From the NCBI RefSeq assembly GCF_000142905.1, contig NW_013657662.1, positions 124,001-188,000 on the forward strand: DNA of 64,000 bases. Reading direction: 5' to 3'. Below the pieces are notes generated by a model, which had not been told where the DNA came from, made no database searches, and saw nothing but the letters and a program-made list of their open reading frames with translations. The position numbers and the translations under genes were made by a program. The DNA is from Thecamonas trahens ATCC 50062 (lineage: Eukaryota > Protista > Apusomonadida). Of the stretch, positions 1-9,737 are shown in pieces. Position 1 is the first letter of the stretch; each line of letters begins with the position of its first letter.

Positions 1-1
1 C

Positions 2-968
2 GGCCTTGTCGAGCGGCTCAAGATCGAGATCAACGCCGGGTACTGGGTTGGCATCGTCCCGCCGGCCCTCCGCCCACCGCCTGGGCCTTCGGGTAAGCAG
101 GCCGAGCCGCGCAAGCTCCGCCTCCTCTCGCAGCTCACCCGCCAGTTCCTCAAGTTTGTTGTTGCCTCCTCGGACCATTCCATCAGGCTCGAGGCCGCCG
201 CCGATCAGCTGCTCCGGATGGAGGGCTGCGACGAGACCATGGCGCGCGAGCGCCGCAATAAGCTCCGCCGTATGTACGACATTGCCAACGTGCTCGAAGC
301 TCTTGGCCTCGTCAAGAAATCGTTCCGCGGCGGCTCCTCGGCCCGCAAGATGTACACTTGGGCCTCGTTTGAACTCGCCGACATTGGCCCTCCCCTCGAC
401 ATCGACGCCGGCCTGGCCGCGGTCATCGAGGGTGTGGCCGGCGCCGCCCGCATGCCGCCGTCCGCCACCCTCCCCAAGATCTCGCCGGCGCTCCGCGGCG
501 TCACCCCGCGTTCGCGCTCTGCGCGCGAAAACACCTCGTTTGTGCCTATCGGCGGCACTCCGCCGGTCACCTCGCCGTCCTCGCCCTCGCTGCCAGAGGT
601 CGAAACTGGCTCGACCATGTCGTACCATGCCCTGCTCTCGCTCATGGGCTCCAAGTCAGCACCGGCAGCCACCGAGTCGCAACCTCCACAGGCCGGCGGC
701 ATCAACCCCGGCCCCAGCCTCGCGCGTACTCTCGAGTCGGCGCACTACCTCGCCCGCGTCATGCGCGTTATGAACGCCGCCTCGCTCGAGGTTCCCGCCA
801 TGCTTAAGACCTACGTCGACCGAGTCCTCGACGCCCAGACCGAGCTGAACATGGCGTGCGTCGAGCCGTTCTCCGTCCCGGTCCCGGTCCCGAACACGCT
901 GTCCACTGCTGCGCCGACACCTGCGCCTGCGCCTGCACCTGCACCTGCACCTGCACCTGCTGCCGCAT

Positions 969-999
<31 letters not shown>

Positions 1000-1636
1000 T
1001 GTATCTGGTACTCCGCCAGCCTCGCAGCCGACCAAGGTCATCGTTGCAGCTGGCACCCCGGCGGCCCGCCGCCCGGCGGCGCAGGTGGCGGCCTCGTCAT
1101 CCTCGGCCTTTTCTCCGTTTACCAACTCTGCGCCGGAAGCTGCGTCCGCCCCCACAACCGCTCCGCGCCGCGTTGCCCGCTCCTTGGACACCACGCCCGC
1201 CAACGAGCCATCGCCAGCCGTCGCTCCGGCGGTGGCGACCGCGCCCACCTCGCCAGCAGCGACCGCAGTTCCTGCGGCCTCGCCGGCGGCGCGGTCGGCG
1301 TCCGCCACGCCCTCGCGCAAGCGCCCGCGTTCGGCCCAGGCGACAGTCGCCAGCGAAGGCGCCGGCTCGCCGCACGACCTGCTCCCCGGCTCGCCGCATA
1401 CACCACCCAACAAGCGCCAGCGGATGCTCGAGGCGCCTGCATTTACCAGCAGCCCCTCATCGTACGAGGCCGGCACTGGCCCACAGGCCTTCCGCTCACC
1501 CACCGCCGCCGGATCGACCACCCCGCGGAGCCTCTCCTTCTCGCGCGTCGACGTCCTCACCACCACACCTGTCAAGCCGCACGACCCGTCCATCTTTGAC
1601 GAAGTCGAGGTCCTCGAGGTTGCCTTTGATCCGTAG
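2..1636 (+). CDS. Atypical E2F (E2F7/8 / DEL-like) transcription factor, 5'-truncated by the window edge
   Basis: Frame is open from base 2: GLVER...YWVG (end of one E2F DBD), then LSQLTRQFL...RRMYDIANVLEALGLVKK...YTW (a second complete E2F DBD with the RRxYD motif), followed by a long Pro/Ala/Ser low-complexity tail. Confidence 0.85.
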
Positions 1637-1672
1637 CCGCTGCTAAATACCGGCTGTAATCTGCCCCCCGCC

Positions 1673-2377
1673 TCACCGGCCGCCAGCACCGCTCTCCGAG
1701 CCGGCAAAGCCCTTAGCCACCAGGAACATCTCCCTGCTCTCGGACCGTGACGCCTTGGGCTTGACCAGCACCACCTTGGCAAACAACTCGCGCGCCTCGT
1801 CCAGCGCCGCGCGTTCCATCCCGTTGCGGAAGATCTTGGCCACCATGCTGCCGCCACGAACAAGGACCGCATCAGCGAGCGCCAGCGCCGCCTCGAACAG
1901 AGCCTCGGCTCGGGCCCGATCCGTTCCGCGATGCCCGGTTGCCGCCGGCGCCATGTCCGATGCCACCACGTCAAAGACACCCAGCTCGTCCAGCTCGAGC
2001 TCTTCCATCACCATCGAATGATGGACGTGTGCAAGGCCAGAGCTCTGGAGCCACGCCACAACCTGCGGACTCATCGCGCCCGGGTCGACGGTCACCAGCT
2101 CGGCTGCCGGTGAGCCACGGACGAGCGCATCGCCGATCTCGCGAGTCCACGATCCAGGTGCGGCACCGAGCTCCAGCACCCGCTTGACGCCGGGGGTAAC
2201 GATCTTGTGCTTGGCGTCGAGTTCCGACCACTTGAACGCCGCCCGCGAGACCTTGCCTTGTGCCCGGGCCTTGCGCACGTACTGGTCGTCGGCCTGCCGC
2301 CGCCGCCACGACGACGACGACGACGCCCGCGCCAGTCGCACCTGTGCCGCATACAGACAGCGGAGCGCATGAAGCAT
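1673..2377 (-). CDS. FtsJ/RrmJ-family rRNA 2'-O-methyltransferase, probably mitochondrial (MRM2-like)
   Basis: Motifs DQYVRKAR, SRAAFK, VLELGAAPGSW, SDMAP and KPKASRSESREMFLV; Arg/Ser-rich N-terminus resembles a transit peptide. Confidence 0.9.
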   Translation of the reverse strand: MLHALRCLYAAQVRLARASSSSSWRRRQADDQYVRKARAQGKVSRAAFKWSELDAKHKIVTPGVKRVLELGAAPGSWTREIGDALVRGSPAAELVTVDPGAMSPQVVAWLQSSGLAHVHHSMVMEELELDELGVFDVVASDMAPAATGHRGTDRARAEALFEAALALADAVLVRGGSMVAKIFRNGMERAALDEARELFAKVVLVKPKASRSESREMFLVAKGFAGSESGAGGR

Positions 2378-2451
2378 GTGAGGAAAAGTAACGTGCGCGT
2401 GCTACCGGTGTGCGTGTACTCGCTGTACGAGGAGTGTGACTGTAGCCGCAG

Positions 2452-4965
2452 CTACAGCTGCCGACAAAGTCGGGTGAGCGGCGCGTCGTCCGAGTCTGAG
2501 TCCGAGGCGGTGGCTCCGGCCGGCGCGAGAGGCGCTGGCGGATCGACGTCAGACTCGGGATCGAGGTTGATGACGATGGGCGGCGGCGAGGTGAAGACTG
2601 ACGGCGAAAGGTCGGCAAAGAGCTCCGAGTGGCTCCGCCGCGGAGCTGTTGTTGTCGGAGCAGGTGTTGCCCGCGACCGCGCCCTAGCCCGGAGCGGCGA
2701 CGGCGTCGGCGGCAGCGGCGAGCTTAGCAGGTCGCGCTCCTCGGCGAGCTCCAGCTGTGAGCTGATCCGTGCAGCGGTGCTTGCAATCTCGACGGCTGTT
2801 GTGCGCGGGGACGGCAGAATGCGCGGCGAGAGCGGAAGGCGCGGCGGCGGAGTTGGCGCCGCTGGCGTTGGCGGGGGAGTCGGCGACGATCTCACCACTA
2901 CCGGTGAACGCAAACGCCGCATTGGCGCCGGCGGAAGCGGATCTGCCGGAGCCACGGTACTCTCAGCATGGTCAAGACCTGCCACCCTCTCCGCGAGAAT
3001 GTCGACGCCAGGTATACCCTCGCGGGGTACGTTGGTCTCGGCCATCCGCCGCCAGCTCGCCGCCAGGCTCGGTTCGAGACTACCGGCTGCGACGGCGGTG
3101 GCGTTGTACAGCGATGGCAGATGCCATGGAGCCGCACGTCGTGCGAGCGTGAAATGCCGCCGAGCAAGCGACACTTCGCCCCCTCCCCAAGCCACGAGGC
3201 CGAGGTGATTGTGAGCAAGGGCGGCGGCCCAGTTGGTGGCGGCAGCGATGGGGGCATCCGGCCGCGGTCCCCGCCCGGGCGCCGGCGCTTCCTGCAGCAC
3301 TTGCAGCGCCGCGGCAACCGTGGATCGCGCATCGCCTCGCGCCCACGCTTCCGCCATTTGGGCAGGAGCAGAACGGGGCGCGCGTCGAGGGAGCCATGCC
3401 TCGCTCAACGGGCGGATGACGAGCGCATTCGTGCGCCACTCGCTGCCCAAGTGACCGCCGCCATCGCTGTTGGCGTCGGCGGCGCCACTGGGCGAAGCGA
3501 GAGCACGGGCCTCGACCGCGAGTGCTGCGTAGAAACCGACCACATGGGCAAGAGCCGGATCAGCAGCCGCGGCCTTTTGCGCTGCAGCAGCGAGAGTCTG
3601 AAGTGCGGGCGCCAGGAGCGTGGCCTTACGCAAAGTGCGCGGGAGGCGGGCGAGGATACAAAGGATGTTGTGGACAAGCACTGGAGCAAGGAGAATAGAG
3701 TTGTGGCAATCTGCAGCCTCAAGCATGCTCAGTGCGCGCTGGGCTGCATGGAGCGCGGTGTGCGGCCTATCGACCCTCAGCGCGGCTGCCGACGCGTTGG
3801 CGTAGGCCTCGACCATCGCCTGCGCATCGGTGCCAGGGCTGTCGACGGCACGAAGGTACGCACCGAGCGCAGCGTCCCACTCATGGCGAGCGAGCGCAGC
3901 GCGACCTTCGGCGAGCCAGGCCTGCGGGGTGATGAGCACACCAGCCGTCGGCCGCTGGCGCGCCATCGCGGCGACGCGGGCGGCGACCGGCTGCAGCGCA
4001 TCCACCGACGCACTCAACGAGGAGACGTTGCTATGGAGTGCAGCGAGGAGTGCCGTGTCACGGCGTAGGTGACCGAGCAGCGCAAGCGCCTGCGCAGCAA
4101 GCACAAGCGCGGCATCGTCGGTATGGAGCTCACAGTGGCCGGTCCATGCCCCAAGTCCAGCACGCTCGAGAACGACAGCGACAGTCCACTCGAGACTTGC
4201 CTGGTTCGGATCTGGCACAGCACGTAGCGCCGCAATGCGCAATGCTGCCCAGCTGTCGAGTATCTCCAGAGCATCTGCATCGCGTCCGGCTCTAGCCTGG
4301 GATGACGCGGCGGCGTAGACCGCAGCCAGCACCGCGAGCGCCGAGTACGGCGAGCACGCCTTGTCCAGCAGCATTGCGGACCGCAACAGCGAGAGAAGCG
4401 AGTCAAGATCGTGCCGCAGCTCGGCGGCCTTGTCTCCACCGGCGCGGCTAGCGGATAGTCGAACGAGCAGGTCGTAGGCAGCCAGATGGAGGGATCGGGG
4501 GCGCGGCAGCGCGTCCAGAAGCGGCGGGAGCGACGGCAGGGCCGAACACCACTGCGGAGTCAGAGCAATGAGCAGCAGCGCCTCGTGCGCCTCGTCGCCA
4601 TCAAGCAGCTCGGGCAGATACGGCTCCCAGGCAGCAACGCCGAGGTGGTCCGCCAGCAGGGCATCGGCAGATTCACGACCTTTTCCGGACGGCGAGCCGA
4701 CGACCGGCTCGTCCTCGTCCGACTCTGACGCGGGCACAAAGGCACGAGAGGCGGTGCGACAGAGGTCGGGAGGCACACTGCCAAGTCCACTGCTTCCGTG
4801 TCTCGCGGGCGTGACTTGTGCCCGGGCATGCAAGGCGCTGGCCACCACGCCCACCAGAGGCTGGGCCCTCGTCGGAGGCACGACAGCAGTGGTAGCCGCG
4901 AGGGCCGCCAAGAAGCGTGCTGTGGCTGGAGACGATGGTCGCAGCCATGTGCTTACCACCTGCAT
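2452..4965 (-). CDS. Uncharacterised helical-repeat (TPR-like) protein with Pro/Ser-rich C-terminus
   Basis: Long ORF; ATG at 4965 lies just downstream of a (CA)n tract; TPR-like segments AYANASAAALR and ALAHNHLGLVAW...ARRHFTLARRAAP. Confidence 0.6.
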   Translation of the reverse strand: MQVVSTWLRPSSPATARFLAALAATTAVVPPTRAQPLVGVVASALHARAQVTPARHGSSGLGSVPPDLCRTASRAFVPASESDEDEPVVGSPSGKGRESADALLADHLGVAAWEPYLPELLDGDEAHEALLLIALTPQWCSALPSLPPLLDALPRPRSLHLAAYDLLVRLSASRAGGDKAAELRHDLDSLLSLLRSAMLLDKACSPYSALAVLAAVYAAASSQARAGRDADALEILDSWAALRIAALRAVPDPNQASLEWTVAVVLERAGLGAWTGHCELHTDDAALVLAAQALALLGHLRRDTALLAALHSNVSSLSASVDALQPVAARVAAMARQRPTAGVLITPQAWLAEGRAALARHEWDAALGAYLRAVDSPGTDAQAMVEAYANASAAALRVDRPHTALHAAQRALSMLEAADCHNSILLAPVLVHNILCILARLPRTLRKATLLAPALQTLAAAAQKAAAADPALAHVVGFYAALAVEARALASPSGAADANSDGGGHLGSEWRTNALVIRPLSEAWLPRRAPRSAPAQMAEAWARGDARSTVAAALQVLQEAPAPGRGPRPDAPIAAATNWAAALAHNHLGLVAWGGGEVSLARRHFTLARRAAPWHLPSLYNATAVAAGSLEPSLAASWRRMAETNVPREGIPGVDILAERVAGLDHAESTVAPADPLPPAPMRRLRSPVVVRSSPTPPPTPAAPTPPPRLPLSPRILPSPRTTAVEIASTAARISSQLELAEERDLLSSPLPPTPSPLRARARSRATPAPTTTAPRRSHSELFADLSPSVFTSPPPIVINLDPESDVDPPAPLAPAGATASDSDSDDAPLTRLCRQL

Positions 4966-5287
4966 GGTGGAGGGGTGAGGGTCAGATTTGTAGAGTGTGT
5001 GGAGTGTATGTGCGTGTGTGTGTGTGTGTGTGTGTTTGTGGTGGTGGTGGTGGTGTTGGTGGTCGTGCCTGCCTTGGTCTGGGCTCTGGGGAAGGGGGGA
5101 GGGAGGGGCGGGTTCGGATCGGATGGGACCATATGTGGGCAAGGGATTTCCACAAGAATACACATGTGCAGACGTGCTGCGGTCATGATGGGGAAGCGTG
5201 CGATGGCCGTGACCTGTCCGTGCACGCAGTTGGGCACGAGTGAGGACGCCTGGTCACCGTGGCGGCATAGCCACTCCACTCGACGAC

Positions 5288-6040
5288 ATGATGGCAAAGG
5301 CGCAGAGGGGCAAGTGTTCAAGCGTGGTATGCGTGGTACTGGTAATGGTGGCGGCGGTGGCTGTGCTGGTGTGTGATGGTGCGGCCCAGGACGATTCGGG
5401 TTATGTGCTGGAGGCTCCCGAGTGCTCGGCGCCGTTTGCGTTTGGGACGGCGGCAACGACGGCGCCGTTTGTGGTGTCGTCAGGTGCGAGGCAGGCGCCT
5501 GTACACAGGACTGTGGCAAAGGTGTGTCATCTGACCGGCGATGGCTACGCCGGACTGTTCTTCGAGTACACAGCCCAGGACTCGTACATCTACAACCCGT
5601 TTACCGAGTGCGACGATCACCTGTACGAGTACGACGCGGTGGAGGTGTTCATCGCGCCTGGGCTAGGCTACCCGGCGCAGGCGCCGCAGCACTACGTCGA
5701 GATTGAGGTCTCGCCCAAGGGCGTGCTCTTCGAGTCACACATTACCAATCCGGACGACGACTGCGCCGGTATGACTGGGGATCTGATGGCGTGCAACGCG
5801 ACGGCGATCGAGGCGCGGGCGCGGGTGACGCCCGACGGGTGGACGGCGGCGGTGTACGTGCCGTATGTAACCGTGGCGCCAGGAGCTCATCCGCCGCCAT
5901 CAGCGTGGCACCTCAACATGTTCCGCATCGATGTTGTCTCGCCGTCGGCTGGCGAGCAGTTTCTGGCCTGGTCGCCGACGTACAAGTCGCCGCCGTGCTT
6001 CCATGTCCCGTCGGCGTTTGGCAAGGTGGTGCTGGTGTGA
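5288..6040 (+). CDS. Secreted carbohydrate-binding family 9-like (DOMON-fold) protein
   Basis: Hydrophobic signal peptide; motifs LYEYDAVEVFI, YVEIEVSPKG, GWTAAVYVP, WHLNMFRID and WSPT...FHVPSAFG. Confidence 0.75.
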   Translation: MMAKAQRGKCSSVVCVVLVMVAAVAVLVCDGAAQDDSGYVLEAPECSAPFAFGTAATTAPFVVSSGARQAPVHRTVAKVCHLTGDGYAGLFFEYTAQDSYIYNPFTECDDHLYEYDAVEVFIAPGLGYPAQAPQHYVEIEVSPKGVLFESHITNPDDDCAGMTGDLMACNATAIEARARVTPDGWTAAVYVPYVTVAPGAHPPPSAWHLNMFRIDVVSPSAGEQFLAWSPTYKSPPCFHVPSAFGKVVLV

Positions 6041-6048
6041 GGCACTCA

Positions 6049-7488
6049 CTAACCGCGGGCGCGGGTCGACGGCGGGTTGATAAACGGCACCCAGTGAAGG
6101 GCCTCGCGGTCGATGACCGGCGGCATGCGCGGCTTGCCGTTCTTGTACAGGTACTTGTTGATGAGCGACGGTGGGGCGTAGAGCTCGCGGGTCGACGACG
6201 CCGAGATGACCCCGATCAGCTGCAGGGTCTTGACAATGTCCTCGGCCTTGATGCACGTCTCCTTCTCCATGGAGCGGATAGAGATCTTGTCGAGGTCGGT
6301 GTCTTTGAGCAGGACGAGCAGCGACTTGGACCAGTACGAGCGGTATGAGAGGAGGCCGAGGTCCGAGAGCGGTGTCTCGGGCCCACCCGGCTGGTGCTCA
6401 ACCTTGGAGAGCTCGTAGGAAAAGGCGATCATGAGCATGCCGTAGCCCTTGCGCTGGTAGCACGGCAGGGTCATGATGCACGCCACGTTGTTGTTGGTGG
6501 ACGAGATCTTTTCCTTGGAAAAGTAGCCGACCATGTGGTAGCCACGGTCGGAGACCTCGCAGAGGACGTAAAAGAGGAACGGATCGACGTCGTAGAAGAG
6601 AGTCTTGTGGTCGAGAAAAAGCTTGGAGATGAGGCAGAGGTTCTGGCAGTACGCCTTTTCGACGCATCCGTCGACCTCGAAGAAAGCCACCCCGTCCTTG
6701 CGGTAAATCTCCATGCCTGGCGGGTGGCGTAGCGTGCACTTGCGCTGGTGCCGGCGGAGCTGGTGGTGCGACGAGTTGTACTGCAGGCAGAACTCGCAGA
6801 GCCAGATCTTCTTGTCGCGACAGACTTCGGCCGGGTACGGCGAGTAGTACCAGGTCTCGACCTCAAACTTACCGTAAACAATCGTGTTGATGTTCTTGAC
6901 CAGGTTGGCGTGGGTTGTGTCTGCCGATGCCAGCGAGCCGGACACGTGGTGCTTGTCCTCCGAGTCGTCAGCCTTGGAGCCCGAGCCCTTGGCCTTGGTC
7001 TTCTTGCGCGAGGCCTTGGACTTCTTGGTCGACGCGCCCTCGTTGTCGTCCTCCACCTCCATGTCGGTCACGTCGCCGCTGCCGTCGCCGTCGTCCTTGC
7101 TCGACGCGCCGCGGCGGCCGCGCGATGCCGACTTGCGGCCGCCTTTGCCCTTGCGGCTGCCCTTGCCCTTGCTAGCCTTGGACTTGCTCGCCTTGGACTT
7201 GCTCGCCTTGGTGGCCTTCTTGGACGACCCGCCGTGGCCACTACCGCCCTCGGGCTCCGGGTAGGAGATGTTGTCGAGGTCCAGCTCCTTGGCCGTCACC
7301 CATGTATCCAGCCGCTTGTTGTAGTCGATAAAGTGGACGTAGTACTGCCCATTCTCAATCTCCAGCACCTCGGCCAAGACCTGCTGCTGCTCCAGGCCGC
7401 ACCATGCCGGCAGCCGGGCGCCCACACGGACACCGTGCTCGTCCATGGGCGGTGGCGGTGGTGTAGCCTTGCGCTCCTTGCGCGGCAT
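6049..7488 (-). CDS. MYST-family histone acetyltransferase (Tip60/Esa1/MOF-like) with Tudor-knot chromodomain
   Basis: YYVHFIDYNKRLDTWV, TWYYSPYP, C2HC zinc finger CEFC...H...C, GYFSKEK, QRKGYG, GPETPLSDLG. Confidence 0.95.
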   Translation of the reverse strand: MPRKERKATPPPPPMDEHGVRVGARLPAWCGLEQQQVLAEVLEIENGQYYVHFIDYNKRLDTWVTAKELDLDNISYPEPEGGSGHGGSSKKATKASKSKASKSKASKGKGSRKGKGGRKSASRGRRGASSKDDGDGSGDVTDMEVEDDNEGASTKKSKASRKKTKAKGSGSKADDSEDKHHVSGSLASADTTHANLVKNINTIVYGKFEVETWYYSPYPAEVCRDKKIWLCEFCLQYNSSHHQLRRHQRKCTLRHPPGMEIYRKDGVAFFEVDGCVEKAYCQNLCLISKLFLDHKTLFYDVDPFLFYVLCEVSDRGYHMVGYFSKEKISSTNNNVACIMTLPCYQRKGYGMLMIAFSYELSKVEHQPGGPETPLSDLGLLSYRSYWSKSLLVLLKDTDLDKISIRSMEKETCIKAEDIVKTLQLIGVISASSTRELYAPPSLINKYLYKNGKPRMPPVIDREALHWVPFINPPSTRARG

Positions 7489-7507
7489 CTTGCACTCTCA
7501 CTATATA

Positions 7508-7523
7508 CGTGTGTATGTATGTA

Positions 7524-7570
<47 letters not shown>
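7508..7570. repeat. (GT)n/(GTAT)n microsatellite directly upstream of the MYST gene; similar tracts at about 5005-5035, 12505-12550, 21515-21572, 37125-37160 and 41405-41530
   Basis: Direct dinucleotide repeats. Confidence 0.95.
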
Positions 7571-7573
<3 letters not shown>

Positions 7574-8050
7574 GTGTTGTGAGACAGAGCCGGAAGGGGG
7601 AGTGAGGGGGAGTGGTGTGGTTGTGGGCGTGGTTGTGGCTGTCCTCGTAGGTGTTTGCCTCTTGGCGCTTGCGCCACCGAGTCGCCCTCTGCTGCCCCCC
7701 TCCCCCCTCCCCTCCCCCCCCCCCCCCTCCGCTCGTTGCGACGCGCTGCACGATTGGCACGTACTTTGCGCGCCGCCACATGCTTCTCGCTCGCAACACT
7801 GCATCATGATCCTCGTTTCCCTGGCCGATCTTCGTGTGCCTCTCCCTCGACGGCATTCCGAGGAGTCTCCACCACCAGCTCCTGCGCGTGGGACGCCAGG
7901 CCACGACGCCTCGGTTCACGCCTACACCACGCCCACACCACCCATACTCACTCCCCACTCCACCTGCTCCACAACAGGACAAGGGGGCTTCCCACCGCAT
8001 AGACCACGTCGACCGCACACTCGTACTCGTACTCGTCGGACAGCGGAGAA

Positions 8051-9534
8051 ATGGAGGTGGAGCTGGCTGGAGAGACACGCGACTCGACTGCGCTGCTGTC
8101 CGAGAAGGGCAAGGGCAAGGGCAAGGGCAATGGCCGAGGCCCTCAGGAGGATGGCGGTGTGGTGGCTCGAGAGAGCGGCGGCGGATGGATGATGGCCCAC
8201 CGGCGATGGCTGATCGTGGCGGTGGCGGTGGTGCTGGTCCTGGGCGCGAGCGCGGTGGGCGTGGGCGTGGCGGTGGCTCATGCCCGCAACAAGACCAGCT
8301 CGGCCGATCCGGCCGATGGAGGCTCTGGTGAGCATGTGGTCATCCTTGTCTCGCTCGATGGCTTCCGGCCAGACTATTTTACGTCGCAGAGGGTGCCCAC
8401 TCCCGGGCTGGACGCGCTGCGGGCGGATGGCGTGCTTGCTGAAGGCATGATCCCACAGTTCCCCTCGCTCACCTTTCCCAACCACTACTCCGTGGTCACC
8501 GGCCTGCATCCCGAGTCGCACGGCATTCTGGAGAATGACATGTACGATCCGGACCTCAACGCTACCTTTCGCATCTCGAACTACGCGGCCGTCTCCAACG
8601 GCGCATGGTGGGGCGGTGAGCCGATCTGGGTCACGGCCATCAAAGTTGGCTACAGGGCCGGTGTGTACTTCTGGCCCGGCTCCGAGGCGCCCATCCAGGG
8701 CGTCCGCCCGGACTACTACTACCGCTACAACTCGTCGGTTCCCTACCCGGAGCGGGTCGAGACGCTTCTGGGCTGGCTCGCCCAGCCGCCCGCTACCCGC
8801 CCCCGGTTCATGGGCCTCTACATGTCGGCAGTCGACACGGCCGGCCATTACTACGGCCCGGACTCTTCACAGGTTGACGCAGCCATCGTTCGCGTTGACG
8901 CCGCCCTACACCAGCTTCGCGAAGGCGTTGCCCGGCTCGGCCTCCTCTCCAAGGTCAACATCGTTGTCCTCGCCGACCACGGCATGACAGAGGTCTCGTC
9001 GTCGCGCGGCCTCGCGCTCGACAACTACGTCAACGTCATCGACACGCCGGCGCACCCTGTCGACGAGCAGCTGGCGAGCGATGCCGCCGTGCCCACGGTC
9101 CGTGGCCACCTGCTCAACCTCTCACCGGTCCTCCAGTTCTGGCCGGACACACCGGCCGATGGTGACGCCTTTTTTGATGCACTCGTCACCGCCTCGCCGC
9201 ACCTCACCGTCCTCCGCAAGTCGCAGATCCCGCGCTCGTACTTTTCGCCGACAACATCCGCATCCCGCCTATTGTCGCCTTTTCGTCACTCGGCTGGAAG
9301 CTCGTCCGCACAAACGCATCAATCGCCAACATCGGCGGCGGCGCCCACGGCTACGACCCGGCCAACAAGGATATGCACGCCCTGTTCATTGCCTCGGGCC
9401 CGGCCTTTAAGTCCGGCGCCTCGTTCCCCGAGTTTTCCAACATCCACGTCTATCCCCTCCTCTGCAAGGTCCTCGGCCTCACTCCCGCGCCGAACAACGG
9501 CTCGCTTGCGCTTGTCGAGGGCATGCTGGCGTAG
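8051..9534 (+). CDS. Type II membrane ectonucleotide pyrophosphatase/phosphodiesterase (ENPP family); needs a -1 shift at about 9242-9245
   Basis: Signal anchor; VSLDGFR, FPSLTFPNHYS (catalytic Thr), DTAGH, ADHGM. The conserved C-terminus (NIRIPPI...GAHGYDP...MHALFIASGPAFK...NIHVYPLLC...PNNGS, TAG at 9532-9534) is in the -1 frame after TAC TTT TC. Confidence 0.9.
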
Positions 9535-9737
9535 TCGGCTCGTCATGGCAGCCGCAAGGCAGCATATTAAAGTGCTGAGGGAGAGTTGAGGGGAGGAGGG
9601 TTTGTGTCGGCGGTAGACAAGGGGTGTGGGGGCAATGATGGCCAGTGTGAGTGATCGATGGTTTCGCCATGGGTCGGACGTACGGGAACAAGGCTCTCAC
9701 ACGATCTACCCTCGACGATCGTGTGAGCCGCGGTTTG

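Noticed and set aside
8051-9589. Calling ENPP, the RasGAP-VPS9 gene, ZnT9 and the C2-RasGEF pseudogenes
   Set aside because: Each has a single lesion with both halves conserved and no other decay; sequencing error or recoding is more likely.
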